A stretch of DNA of 64,000 nucleotides from a virus. Its lineage: Duplodnaviria > Caudoviricetes. Shown in pieces: positions 26,412 to 35,921 of this stretch. Below the pieces are notes generated by a model. The model did no database searches. It was not told the DNA's origin and saw only the letters and a program-made list of their open reading frames with translations. The translations under genes were made by a program, and so were the position numbers. The first letter of the stretch is position 1, and each line of letters starts with the position of its first letter. The stretch spans positions 1 to 64,000 of the IMG/VR virus record IMGVR_UViG_3300038520_001354. One strand, given 5' to 3'.

Positions 26412-27641
26412 ATGACTTCTGCTGTATTACACAATAATACTCACGATTTCAGGATTCTAAAAAGCGATGATTTAATGATTGGAGGATATGCAAGCATTGA
26501 AATCGTTGATAAACAAAATGATTTAATCACACTTAAAGCACTTAACGAGGCAGTTAAAAAATATATGGAGAACCCTAAGTTTAGAAATGTAATGACAAAT
26601 CATTCAAATGTTCAAGTTGGGGAAGTAGTTGAATCATATAGAGATAAAACAGGGAGATTGTGGAAAACAGAAGTTGATGATGTTGGATTCTTTGTTGTTA
26701 TTAAGTTAAGAGATGATATAGAAAAAGCCAAAGAAATTAATAGAGGCATTAGAAAAGGTTCATTGAGGTCATTTAGTATTGGAGGACAGGCTTTAGAAAA
26801 AGTAAAGAAAAACCATCAAGAATTAGGCGACTACAATGAAATAAGCAAGTTAGAATTGCATGAAGTAACAATCTGTGAAAAAGGAATTAATCCCGAAGCA
26901 AGGTTTGATATTTTAAAACAAGACAAAAAAGAGGTGAAAAATTTGACCAAAATAGAAAAGGCTCTTGAAGAATTGGATGCTCTTATGGCAGAAGTCAATA
27001 CTTTGAGAAAAGAAGAAGAAGAAGAAAAAGAAGAATACATGGACATGGACAAAGAAAAAGGAATGCCTATGGACATGGATAAAGAGAAAGAAGATATGAT
27101 GGATGAAAAAGCCATGTATGATGAAAAGATGATGGATGAAAAAGGTATGTATAAGGATGATGAAGCCAAAGCCTATGTTCCAACCCTTGACGGCGCAGGT
27201 GTCGAAATTGGCGAACCTGCTGATAGGATTGTTATTGAAGGCGGTAGGCCAAAACCTTCCGATTTACCCGTTGTTAAAGCATTTAACAATGAAGAGTTAG
27301 AAACTCTTGATTTATCCGTTTCTAACATTGAAAAGGCTTATGATGCTTTCCGTCAAGAACAACTTGAAAAGTTGGCATATGACAATCTTCAAAAGCAGTT
27401 TGAAGCCCGTTTTGCTGCTGAAACTGCAACTAGAACCGATGCAATCGCAAAGGCTAACTACGATGCTCAAAGTGAAATTGCTTCTCTAAAGAATGAATTT
27501 GCATCTTTGAGAAAGTCTCTAACTGCTGAAAAGGAAACAATCCTAAAGGCTCAAGAAGAGGCTGAAATTAAACTCCCTTCAATGGATGAATTGGCTGAAA
27601 TGGAATGGTCAGACATTCACAAAATGGTAGGAGGTTATTAA
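26412..27641 (+). CDS. HK97-type prohead protease fused to scaffold
   Basis: GYAS..D..ND, NH, SFSIGG (catalytic Ser), HEVTIC..NPEA; acidic coiled-coil C-terminal half; directly upstream of MCP. Confidence 0.92.
   Translation: MTSAVLHNNTHDFRILKSDDLMIGGYASIEIVDKQNDLITLKALNEAVKKYMENPKFRNVMTNHSNVQVGEVVESYRDKTGRLWKTEVDDVGFFVVIKLRDDIEKAKEINRGIRKGSLRSFSIGGQALEKVKKNHQELGDYNEISKLELHEVTICEKGINPEARFDILKQDKKEVKNLTKIEKALEELDALMAEVNTLRKEEEEEKEEYMDMDKEKGMPMDMDKEKEDMMDEKAMYDEKMMDEKGMYKDDEAKAYVPTLDGAGVEIGEPADRIVIEGGRPKPSDLPVVKAFNNEELETLDLSVSNIEKAYDAFRQEQLEKLAYDNLQKQFEARFAAETATRTDAIAKANYDAQSEIASLKNEFASLRKSLTAEKETILKAQEEAEIKLPSMDELAEMEWSDIHKMVGGY
27038..27171 (+). repeat. Short tandem peptide repeats in scaffold linker
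   Basis: MDMDKEKG/MDMDKEKE/MMDEKA/MYDEK/MMDEKG. Confidence 0.75.
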
Positions 27642-27642
27642 G

Positions 27643-28992
27643 ATGGCTGGATATATTAACACAATTGCAGACTTAGAGGCACAGACATACGGAACAGGCG
27701 CAACAGGCCATATTAGCAATCAATTGCTAAAGGCTGCTGGAACAATTAGCGGTATTCATACTGCACACGATGGTTCATTCAGCGCACCAAGCGGAATTAA
27801 CGCAAATCTTTACAATAAGATTTACGGACAAAAAGTTTGGTCTATGCTAAATAGAGAATGTAATGCACTATCTGTTATTTCAAAGAGGCCATATTCTTCA
27901 AGTGGTTGGAGAATCCTAGCAAAGAGAGCAGGTGGTGGTTCTGGAAACTTCTTGGATATTTCTGCTGCTTCTAACACTACTTTGAATGATGCACTATATG
28001 GTGCTGATTCACTTAGAGCAGACCGAATTGGTGGTGTTGTTGAAAATGCAGCATTAGATTCTAATACAGATGGATTGGTTTCTATTGCACCAGAATATGA
28101 CACACTATTCACAAGCCCAAAGATTATTGCACATCAATTCTCTTTCAGTGAACTTTCAATGGAAATGGCTGCAATTGATGATGGAATTGGCGATATTAGA
28201 GCGCAATTGCGTGAAGATATGGGTAAGCACCACGCTGAAGCACAGAACAGTATGCTTGTAATGCCATTGGAGTTCTATTCTCCAACAACTGCATATAATA
28301 CAGCAAATGCTATTGATAGAGGATATACTTCTCTATACAAGATTGTTTCTTCTAAGGCTGAAATTGATGAATTGGCTGACAATTCTGGTGGAAACCTTGT
28401 TGATTCTGCTACTGACCAACAAATTGACCATCTTTATGGAAAACAAAGAAGCGATTCTATTGGTTATTTGGATGCAGAAGTTTCTTTCGGTGCAGGATAT
28501 ACTTCCGCAGAAGCACGACAATTGACTCTAACTGTTATTAATGACATGATTAGAAGACTTCGTGTTGCTGGTGGTTCACCAAAGGTTATTCTAACAGGAT
28601 ATGATACACTTCAAGTGCTTTCAGACCTATTGCAAGCACAAGAACGCTTTATGGATAGAAAGGAAATTGTTCCTACTGTTAATGGAGTTAGAGGTGTAAA
28701 GGGTGCTGAAGTAGGATTTAGAGTATCAACTTATTACGATATTCCACTAATTCCTGTTGCTGCTATGCCTTCAACCGGAAACAACTCAAGCGGAATTACT
28801 GACATGCTTTTCCTTGATACAGACCATTTGTGGCTATCTGTTATGAAACCAACTCAATACTTTGAAGATGGTATCAGCAACGGAAACCCATTCGGTGTCG
28901 GAACACTTGGAAACAAGGCACTTTACCGAACAATGGGTGAAATGGGTTGTTCTTACTTTAAGGGTCAAGGCAAAATTACCAACATACTGTGA
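27643..28992 (+). CDS. Major capsid protein (HK97 fold)
   Basis: 449 aa after protease; C-terminal YYDIPLI..MLFLD..QGKITNI pattern. Confidence 0.9.
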   Translation: MAGYINTIADLEAQTYGTGATGHISNQLLKAAGTISGIHTAHDGSFSAPSGINANLYNKIYGQKVWSMLNRECNALSVISKRPYSSSGWRILAKRAGGGSGNFLDISAASNTTLNDALYGADSLRADRIGGVVENAALDSNTDGLVSIAPEYDTLFTSPKIIAHQFSFSELSMEMAAIDDGIGDIRAQLREDMGKHHAEAQNSMLVMPLEFYSPTTAYNTANAIDRGYTSLYKIVSSKAEIDELADNSGGNLVDSATDQQIDHLYGKQRSDSIGYLDAEVSFGAGYTSAEARQLTLTVINDMIRRLRVAGGSPKVILTGYDTLQVLSDLLQAQERFMDRKEIVPTVNGVRGVKGAEVGFRVSTYYDIPLIPVAAMPSTGNNSSGITDMLFLDTDHLWLSVMKPTQYFEDGISNGNPFGVGTLGNKALYRTMGEMGCSYFKGQGKITNIL

Positions 28993-29002
28993 GGTGATTT
29001 AA

Positions 29003-29338
29003 TTGGCTCATACAGTAACATTGTTGGCAGACCATAAAGGTTTTACAAAGCCTAAAGCAAATGGTGACGAATATCAAGTTGATGCACTAATTAACATCAC
29101 TAACTATGTTTCGGGAGGAATTACTCTAACTGCAACAGAAGTAGGATTAAGTCAAATTACACAAGTAATGGTGACAGGTGTTGAAGAAATAGGTCATTCA
29201 GCAAGAGCAGTTATTTCATCTGCCGGTGCTTATGAATCTGTTTCAAGTGTAAAGATAATTCTTTCAACAGGTTCAGCCCAACAAAGCGGAACTGCTGATG
29301 AAGGAATGATTCGTGTTAGAGTATTTGGCTTGCTTTGA
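29003..29338 (+). CDS. Probable capsid decoration protein
   Basis: Beta-rich 111 aa directly after MCP; TTG start with GAGGTGA SD. Confidence 0.55.
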   Translation: MAHTVTLLADHKGFTKPKANGDEYQVDALINITNYVSGGITLTATEVGLSQITQVMVTGVEEIGHSARAVISSAGAYESVSSVKIILSTGSAQQSGTADEGMIRVRVFGLL

Positions 29339-29348
29339 GGCGATTTAA

Positions 29349-29672
29349 TTGGCAACAATTAAATTAAATCGAAATGGGCGATTTAACGAAATAGTCCTCA
29401 AGGGGCGGCTTTTAACAAGAAGTCAGCCCCTTGAGGCTATGACGGTTGATTTCGTCTTAACTTTCTTAGGCGACCCAAATCTAACTATTACTTTTGATGA
29501 AGCAGATAGAAAAGATTTAAAACAATTAGACCCTAAGCGGCTAATTCGTCTATCAAGAGCATTAGATAGAGATATTACTACACATGATGAATTGTGTAAA
29601 CTATTACTACCTTCTAAGCCAAAAGCAAAGAAACCAGCACCTAAGCCCAAAAAGTCTTCTTTAACTGAATAA
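29349..29672 (+). CDS. Hypothetical protein with K/P-rich tail
   Basis: TTG start; ends PKKSSLTE. Confidence 0.7.
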   Translation: MATIKLNRNGRFNEIVLKGRLLTRSQPLEAMTVDFVLTFLGDPNLTITFDEADRKDLKQLDPKRLIRLSRALDRDITTHDELCKLLLPSKPKAKKPAPKPKKSSLTE

Positions 29673-29733
29673 TCCTTACGATAGGGTTAAAAGGGAGAGG
29701 CCATTTAGAGGGATTGAACGAGAGTGATTATGA

Positions 29734-30009
29734 ATGCCAAGTTGTCGAAGTAGCGGATTATTAACAGGAGATGCCCAAGTATTTACCGGACAGTGCAAAT
29801 TAATTTCAATTCATGTTTGTGCTGACGGTGGCGCACCATTTCTTTGTAAAGTGTTTGATGGAACAGATAATACAGGTAAAGAAGTTGCAAGGTTTTCGTT
29901 ACAACCTGATGAAACAGTGGAATTTGATATGCACGGAGTAATTATGTCTAATGGCATATTTTACGAAGAAACAACCAATAACGGTTCTGTATTTATAAAC
30001 TTCGCTTGA
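29734..30009 (+). CDS. Small beta-rich virion-like protein
   Basis: 91 aa ORF; function inferred from position only. Confidence 0.6.
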   Translation: MPSCRSSGLLTGDAQVFTGQCKLISIHVCADGGAPFLCKVFDGTDNTGKEVARFSLQPDETVEFDMHGVIMSNGIFYEETTNNGSVFINFA

Positions 30010-30018
30010 GGTGATAAA

Positions 30019-30405
30019 ATGGCAGCACTAAGTCAAGATACAAGATTAGTTATGACAATTTTATTTGTCGGTGTATTAAGTGGAACAAATGTTTTTGTTT
30101 ATGCTAACTTCGGTGCAGGTTTCCCCTATACTACACTAGCCCATGCCACTTTATTTGGATTAGGAACAATAGGTTCAATTATGGTTATGAAAGCCATATT
30201 TGATTTAGTTCTTAATGATAGAATAGAAATGTGGCTACTTGATAGAAAAATACAATCCTATTGGGAAAGAAAGGCTAGAGATGAGCAACAAAGACAAAAA
30301 ATGCGTGAAAGCGCAAAACAATATAATACTTCTTTCTATACTGCCGCACCAGCACAAGAAGAAGTTAATGAAGTAGGAAATGAGTTTTTAGCCGCACTAC
30401 AATGA
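30019..30405 (+). CDS. Two-TM membrane protein with cytoplasmic coiled coil
   Basis: Hydrophobic segments LVMTILFVGVLSGTNVFVYA and LFGLGTIGSIMVMKAIF. Confidence 0.75.
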   Translation: MAALSQDTRLVMTILFVGVLSGTNVFVYANFGAGFPYTTLAHATLFGLGTIGSIMVMKAIFDLVLNDRIEMWLLDRKIQSYWERKARDEQQRQKMRESAKQYNTSFYTAAPAQEEVNEVGNEFLAALQ

Positions 30406-30414
30406 GGTGGTTAA

Positions 30415-30630
30415 ATGCTTTCAGATATAATGGGTCTTACCGACAACGATTATATTTATAACCAATCAAGAGCGCATTCAGCAGATATGCTCTTTTTTAA
30501 GATGAGAGCATGGTTTTGGGGCACTTGTGCTACATTATGTGCATTCTTTATAGGAAATATAATGGGTGTTTTTGATATTAATATCCTCGGTTGGATATTA
30601 GATACTTTTTGGCATTCATGGGAGGTTTAA
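30415..30630 (+). CDS. Small membrane protein
   Basis: AWFWGTCATLCAFFIGNIMGVF hydrophobic helix. Confidence 0.75.
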   Translation: MLSDIMGLTDNDYIYNQSRAHSADMLFFKMRAWFWGTCATLCAFFIGNIMGVFDINILGWILDTFWHSWEV

Positions 30631-30632
30631 TC

Positions 30633-31301
30633 TTGTCAATGATGACAGGATTTGCTATTCTTGTAGGTGAAGCATTTATTAGTTTTTACAGAAAAGTTCA
30701 TGCAATTAATTTCGGAGTTTATGGGGCTACAATGGTAGGTAAAACAACATTAAGCCATCAATTAAGAACAAGAGGCGAAGTGCCGCAAATTAATGAAAGA
30801 ACGGTTGGATTACATAGAGCATCAAGAAAAGGTATTAAAATTGATGGAGACTCTCATACAATTAAAAGCGCAGATGTTGGTGGAGAAGCGATTTATTGGA
30901 AAGAATGGGCTAAAGATATGCAAAAGCGCAGAGTTAAATATATTATATTTATGATAGACCATAGACATTTAGATAATGAAGTTAATTTAGACCACCAAGT
31001 AGCATGGAAATTTTTAGTTGATACTATTTGTTCTAATGTTTGGCCGACAGGAAGAAGAAAGAGAGAATCTGATTATCCAATGGCAATAGGAATATGGGCA
31101 AATAAATATGATATATGGGGAGAAAAATATCCATTAGAAGAAGGACAAACCATAGATAAACATAAAATATTTGAACCCTTTAAGTATGGAATGAGGCAAT
31201 TGAATGATAAAGGAATACCTTGTTTTAAGTATATAGTTTCAGCAAAGTCAGACCCCGAAATGGTATATAGGGGAGTAATGACCATGATAAAAGATTATTG
31301 A
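30633..31301 (+). CDS. Ras/Arf-superfamily small GTPase with N-terminal hydrophobic helix
   Basis: G1 GATMVGKT, G2 ERT, G3 DVGG, G4 NKYD, G5 SAK; start TTG 30633 or ATG 30639 after GGAGG. Confidence 0.9.
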   Translation: MSMMTGFAILVGEAFISFYRKVHAINFGVYGATMVGKTTLSHQLRTRGEVPQINERTVGLHRASRKGIKIDGDSHTIKSADVGGEAIYWKEWAKDMQKRRVKYIIFMIDHRHLDNEVNLDHQVAWKFLVDTICSNVWPTGRRKRESDYPMAIGIWANKYDIWGEKYPLEEGQTIDKHKIFEPFKYGMRQLNDKGIPCFKYIVSAKSDPEMVYRGVMTMIKDY

Positions 31302-31310
31302 GGAATAAAT

Positions 31311-31973
31311 ATGTATAACAACCAAATAATATCAGGACAAGCACAGGGATTTAATCCCCACTTAAAGCCTTTACAACAGGCTAGAGCAAGCGGAATAGTT
31401 ACTGAATATAAGTTTCAGTCATTTAAACCAAAGAAACAACTAAAAGAATTAATTACTGTATTGAAAGCAGAGCCTAAAAAATTTATAGGTATTAAATACG
31501 GTAAAAAATTTAATTTAAAAGATAGATGTGTTGTTTGTGGTTTTCATCATATTTGGGAAAGTGGAGATTATAGACGGCCTCCTATTCCTTTAGATGGAGT
31601 AGTTAAAGGAAGACCATTAGCAGGAACTTATTGCCCTAAACATGCTGCTATGTATATGCAATTAGAAATGTTACAACAACAAATACTTGCTGATAAACAT
31701 GGACTTGATTTCGCTGCATTTAAGCCAAGAATGCCTAAAATGCTTAAAAGTGGCCCAATTACTACTTTAACTAAGAACGATGTTGCTTCTTTGACTTCTG
31801 CCGGATGGTTTATTAAGCCACCCGCAATAGGAGATAACAGGTCAGCCACCGAAGAGGTAATTCGTTTAATTACTGAAATTAACATATTGACGGATAGAAT
31901 GAATCATTTGATGCTAACTAATAATGTTCAAGCAGTAAATGAATTACCTAAAGAAGAAGAAAAAGAGGCATAA
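31311..31973 (+). CDS. Zn-finger plus coiled-coil protein
   Basis: CVVC...CPKH; C-terminal heptads. Confidence 0.7.
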   Translation: MYNNQIISGQAQGFNPHLKPLQQARASGIVTEYKFQSFKPKKQLKELITVLKAEPKKFIGIKYGKKFNLKDRCVVCGFHHIWESGDYRRPPIPLDGVVKGRPLAGTYCPKHAAMYMQLEMLQQQILADKHGLDFAAFKPRMPKMLKSGPITTLTKNDVASLTSAGWFIKPPAIGDNRSATEEVIRLITEINILTDRMNHLMLTNNVQAVNELPKEEEKEA

Positions 31974-31975
31974 TT

Positions 31976-32629
31976 ATGGGCATATTAGGAACAAGTAATG
32001 GAACAGTCTTGGGTGCAGTTCAAGCACAAGGCGACCAGCAATTTAAGAATGTAAATAATTTACTTTCTTTACAGGATAACCATGTTGAAGAATTTTTTCA
32101 ATATCATGGAGAACAATTCTTAACTTCTCTTGAAAAATTAATGGAAGATGTAATAGAGAGAGTAGTTAGTCAAATGTTGGCTAAATTAAGTTTTGAGAGT
32201 AGTGGAGGTAATTTAACACTCAATAGGGACTCTCTAAGAGAATATGAAAGAATTACTCAAGAAAATATAGATTTAGATATTAAGAATCTATTAGATTCAG
32301 CAATCAATACAGAAGTGGTTATGCAGAGAAAAATGGCTAAACAACAATATCTTGAATCTCAAGGGTTTGGGGGTTCTAATACAGGAACTCCAACCGCAGG
32401 TGCAGCATTAGCGGGAGTTACCGGAAATATGGCACAATACCAACAAATGCAAGGTGCTATGAATAATGGCACAGGTTATCCCGTTCCACCATCCGGTCAA
32501 GACGGATATGGTAGGCCATATTGGATTGACCCACAAACCGGACAAATGAGTTATGAGCCACCAAAAGCAGGTTTAGGATTAGGTTCAGCAATTCAAAAAG
32601 GTGCGGCTTGGGCTAAATGGTTAATGTGA
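31976..32629 (+). CDS. Helical protein with G/Q-rich linker, WW-like motif and amphipathic C-terminus
   Basis: DGYGRPYWIDPQTGQMSYEPP; ends LGSAIQKGAAWAKWLM. Confidence 0.65.
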   Translation: MGILGTSNGTVLGAVQAQGDQQFKNVNNLLSLQDNHVEEFFQYHGEQFLTSLEKLMEDVIERVVSQMLAKLSFESSGGNLTLNRDSLREYERITQENIDLDIKNLLDSAINTEVVMQRKMAKQQYLESQGFGGSNTGTPTAGAALAGVTGNMAQYQQMQGAMNNGTGYPVPPSGQDGYGRPYWIDPQTGQMSYEPPKAGLGLGSAIQKGAAWAKWLM

Positions 32630-32639
32630 GGTGAATTAA

Positions 32640-34394
32640 ATGGTATCTTTTAGATGGGGTAATCAAAATTTATCTCTTCCACAATCTGAGGATTATATTA
32701 AATCCGAGATGAAAGATTTTATTGGTGACGGGGATAGAAATTTTATCGTTAAACTTAAAAGAGCCATAGAAAGCACACAAGGTAGCGAAGTAAATAATAC
32801 TGAACTTGTAAGTCAATTTAAGAAAATAAAAGATGAAGTATTAGGACTACCCTTAACTCCTTTTTTAGAACAAGATGCTGATGGATGGAAAAGATATTCA
32901 CAAACAAGAGCAAGGGGAAGTAAAGAACCTAAGCCCAATACTTCTAATATTAATTTTGTAAAAGACAAAACTATTGGTGATGTTACTGAAGGTGCAGTTG
33001 TTGGAAGATTAAGAGGCATGGGTGCAGTAAAATACATGAAAGGTGAAGAAGTGGATTTACCAGACTTCGATATAGAAGAATGGATGGATAATACTAGAAC
33101 TAAGTTTGTTTCATCTAAAAGTGTAGGATATGATATTGTTATAAGAGAATCAGAAGCAGAAGGTAGGGAAGGAACATTTAATTTTGCCCATAAACCTTCT
33201 GAAAGTAACTTAGATGGGCACATTGATGCTCTTTTTCCTATTATTGATGAAGGTGAATTAACTAATGCAAAATCAGAATATATCATGGAAAAAACCGGAC
33301 AACAAGCAACTTTTAGAACAAAAGCAGGAACTAGACAGGAAATAGCAAGAGAAATAATTGATTATAGTTTTAATATACCCGATGAGGATATTGAAAAACT
33401 AACAAAGAGAGGCGGAACAAGTTCTGTTTTAGAACAAACATTAAATGAAGATGGTGAGTTTGAACCTGTTGGGGGATTTGCTGGTTCTGGGGTAAGAATA
33501 AAATTAACTACTGACCCTAAAGCAAAGTTAAATATGCAAGCATTATTAACTGCAATAAATGATTTAAACAGAACAGAACAAATGAGAAATGATGGTATTG
33601 TTCAAATAGGTGATAAATTTTATTCTTATCAATTAGGTGATGCTGATGCAGCAATAAAGGTTAAACTTTCTTATCATCCAAATGAACAAGGAAGTCCTTT
33701 TTCTTTTTTACGAGATAATAAAAACATATTTTTAAGAATACTTAAACCTTATTTCTCAAATCCTCTTTCTGTTTATACGGCTGAAATAGTTGGTAATATT
33801 AAAACTTCAAAGAAACCTAAACCTATGTTTAGTCAAAGAGCCGCAGATGTTCAGTCAAAATACTTTGAGGGCAAAAGCGAAGACCGATATGAAAGGGTCA
33901 CAGAATGGACTCATAAAGAAAATAAAGAAAAAATTTCTCCAGAAGAATATAATAAATTATCTGATGAAGAAAAGAAAAAATATACACCAACGGTCAAACC
34001 ACTAACTCCATCGGATATTAAAGAATTAACAGATAAGGCTTTTGTAAATATGGAAACAGACCAAGTTATTTCTGAAAATGAATATAATACTCTTCCCGAT
34101 AAAGAAAAAAGAAAATACAAAAGTAAGATTATAGTTACCGAAGAAGGAAAAAGCGGTGGTGTAGGATTACAAACATTTGGTGGAACTGCTTATGATACAG
34201 GCTCAGGATTCCAAGCAGATGAATTACAAGAAGCGTTTAAAGAAGCATATGTTGATTGTAAGATTTATTTAAAGAATCATGGCTCATTTAATTTAAACCC
34301 ATTTAGACAAGGTAGCCCTAATAGAAGCATGGCTAGTCATGTCAATAAATTAAAAAAGAATGTTAGAAGATTAAGAAAGACTTTAGGTGAGTAA
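32640..34394 (+). CDS. Hypothetical protein with internal duplication
   Basis: ISPEEYNKLSDEEKKKY / ISENEYNTLPDKEKRKY. Confidence 0.75.
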   Translation: MVSFRWGNQNLSLPQSEDYIKSEMKDFIGDGDRNFIVKLKRAIESTQGSEVNNTELVSQFKKIKDEVLGLPLTPFLEQDADGWKRYSQTRARGSKEPKPNTSNINFVKDKTIGDVTEGAVVGRLRGMGAVKYMKGEEVDLPDFDIEEWMDNTRTKFVSSKSVGYDIVIRESEAEGREGTFNFAHKPSESNLDGHIDALFPIIDEGELTNAKSEYIMEKTGQQATFRTKAGTRQEIAREIIDYSFNIPDEDIEKLTKRGGTSSVLEQTLNEDGEFEPVGGFAGSGVRIKLTTDPKAKLNMQALLTAINDLNRTEQMRNDGIVQIGDKFYSYQLGDADAAIKVKLSYHPNEQGSPFSFLRDNKNIFLRILKPYFSNPLSVYTAEIVGNIKTSKKPKPMFSQRAADVQSKYFEGKSEDRYERVTEWTHKENKEKISPEEYNKLSDEEKKKYTPTVKPLTPSDIKELTDKAFVNMETDQVISENEYNTLPDKEKRKYKSKIIVTEEGKSGGVGLQTFGGTAYDTGSGFQADELQEAFKEAYVDCKIYLKNHGSFNLNPFRQGSPNRSMASHVNKLKKNVRRLRKTLGE

Positions 34395-34395
34395 T

Positions 34396-35700
34396 ATGGG
34401 AGTAACTATATCCCCAAGCGATTTTACTGAAATTAACCCTAGTTATAGTAATGGCAGGGGTTTTTATACTAATGCAACAGAAGTCGCTAATCTATTACAA
34501 GTTCCTGCTTTTACAAGTAGCACTTATCCTACTTTGGCTCAAGTAGGTTCTATTATTAAAAGAATTGAAGGAATGATAGATGAAAAGGTAAAGCGTTCTT
34601 ATAGACCTATTATAACTAAAAACGAATATCATAATTTTGAATTTAGTGAATTACCTCACAAAGCCTATTATGGTGGTCATGTTGGATTTATTCAACTAAC
34701 TCAATTAAAGGTTCGTAAAATTGTTTCTTTACTTGTTTGGCAAGGAAATCACCATGAAGAATTAGCATCAGCACAAGCCAAGTTATTATTAAAAGAAAAC
34801 TTTCGAGACTTAAACTCAGTTATTTTAGAACTTCCTAATAGTGGGGTATCATTTGAAATGGTTGCTGAAAATGATTTATCAGGGTTAGGCAACGATGAGT
34901 TTTGTAATACTTTTGGAATTAAAACAACAAATGAAGAACTCGTTGCATTAATAAATGAATCGTTTCCATCTTTAACTTCGCAGTTTACAGGGGCTACTGC
35001 ACCTAAAGCCCTTACTTCTTCTTCACTTTCCATTTCTGACTTTTTCTATGCTGCAAAGGATAGGGATAACGGCAAGCAATTACTTATCTCATCCCTACTT
35101 TCCGGTGATGATGGGGCAGATTGTGTTATCAAGGCAACAATAAAACAGTCATGTTCAACAGTAAACACATCAACGACTCTTACTGTTGCAGATTCTTCTA
35201 AATTACACGCAGGTATGACTGTAACAGGAACAGGCATTACAGGAACAATTACTATCGCTTCAATTACTGATTCAACAACTGTTGTATTAAGTGGTGCTGC
35301 TACTGCTACTGCAACTAATGTTTTAACTTTCACAAGCACTGATGAAATACCAACAGTTTGTGATTTAATTCCTTTTACAGATAAAGAAGATTTAAAGAGA
35401 CTTGGTTCTTATTGGACTATTAATGAAGAAGGCCGAGTATTCTTTTTGAAAGATTACCCTTATCATAGAGATAATTCCGTGATTGTTTCTTATATTGCTG
35501 GTGATGGCCGAGTTCCTGCAACAATACACGAAGCGGCAACTAAGTTAACTGCTGCTGAAATTATAAGACATGACGACCAAAGTATATTAATTACTGAATC
35601 TGGTGCAAATATTACTACAAAAGAAAAATATGACATACTTCGTAAAGAAGGATTAGATATTTTGAAAGGTAAAGGAGACATAGTTTATTTCTTGGATTGA
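34396..35700 (+). CDS. Probable head-tail adaptor with beta-rich insertion
   Basis: N-terminal VANLLQ..IKRIEGMID and C-terminal VSYIAG..VPATIHEAATKL adaptor-like pattern; Thr-rich insert. Confidence 0.6.
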   Translation: MGVTISPSDFTEINPSYSNGRGFYTNATEVANLLQVPAFTSSTYPTLAQVGSIIKRIEGMIDEKVKRSYRPIITKNEYHNFEFSELPHKAYYGGHVGFIQLTQLKVRKIVSLLVWQGNHHEELASAQAKLLLKENFRDLNSVILELPNSGVSFEMVAENDLSGLGNDEFCNTFGIKTTNEELVALINESFPSLTSQFTGATAPKALTSSSLSISDFFYAAKDRDNGKQLLISSLLSGDDGADCVIKATIKQSCSTVNTSTTLTVADSSKLHAGMTVTGTGITGTITIASITDSTTVVLSGAATATATNVLTFTSTDEIPTVCDLIPFTDKEDLKRLGSYWTINEEGRVFFLKDYPYHRDNSVIVSYIAGDGRVPATIHEAATKLTAAEIIRHDDQSILITESGANITTKEKYDILRKEGLDILKGKGDIVYFLD

Positions 35701-35705
35701 TTTCT

Positions 35706-35921
35706 ATGGCAATAAAAATAGACTTTAATGCCTTAAATAGATTTATACAAATACAAGAAGAAAGAAATCTAGCCATGAAAGAATTATCAGAACAGTTAGG
35801 AATAGATATATCTTTCAGTGACGAAGAAGTATTACAATATGCTATGGAAGAATATTCTAAATATATCTCAACTGAAATAAATAAGGAGGTGGAATTGTGG
35901 ATGAAGTCTCACTTCTCATAG
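35706..35921 (+). CDS. Hypothetical protein
   Basis: ORF track. Confidence 0.6.
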   Translation: MAIKIDFNALNRFIQIQEERNLAMKELSEQLGIDISFSDEEVLQYAMEEYSKYISTEINKEVELWMKSHFS

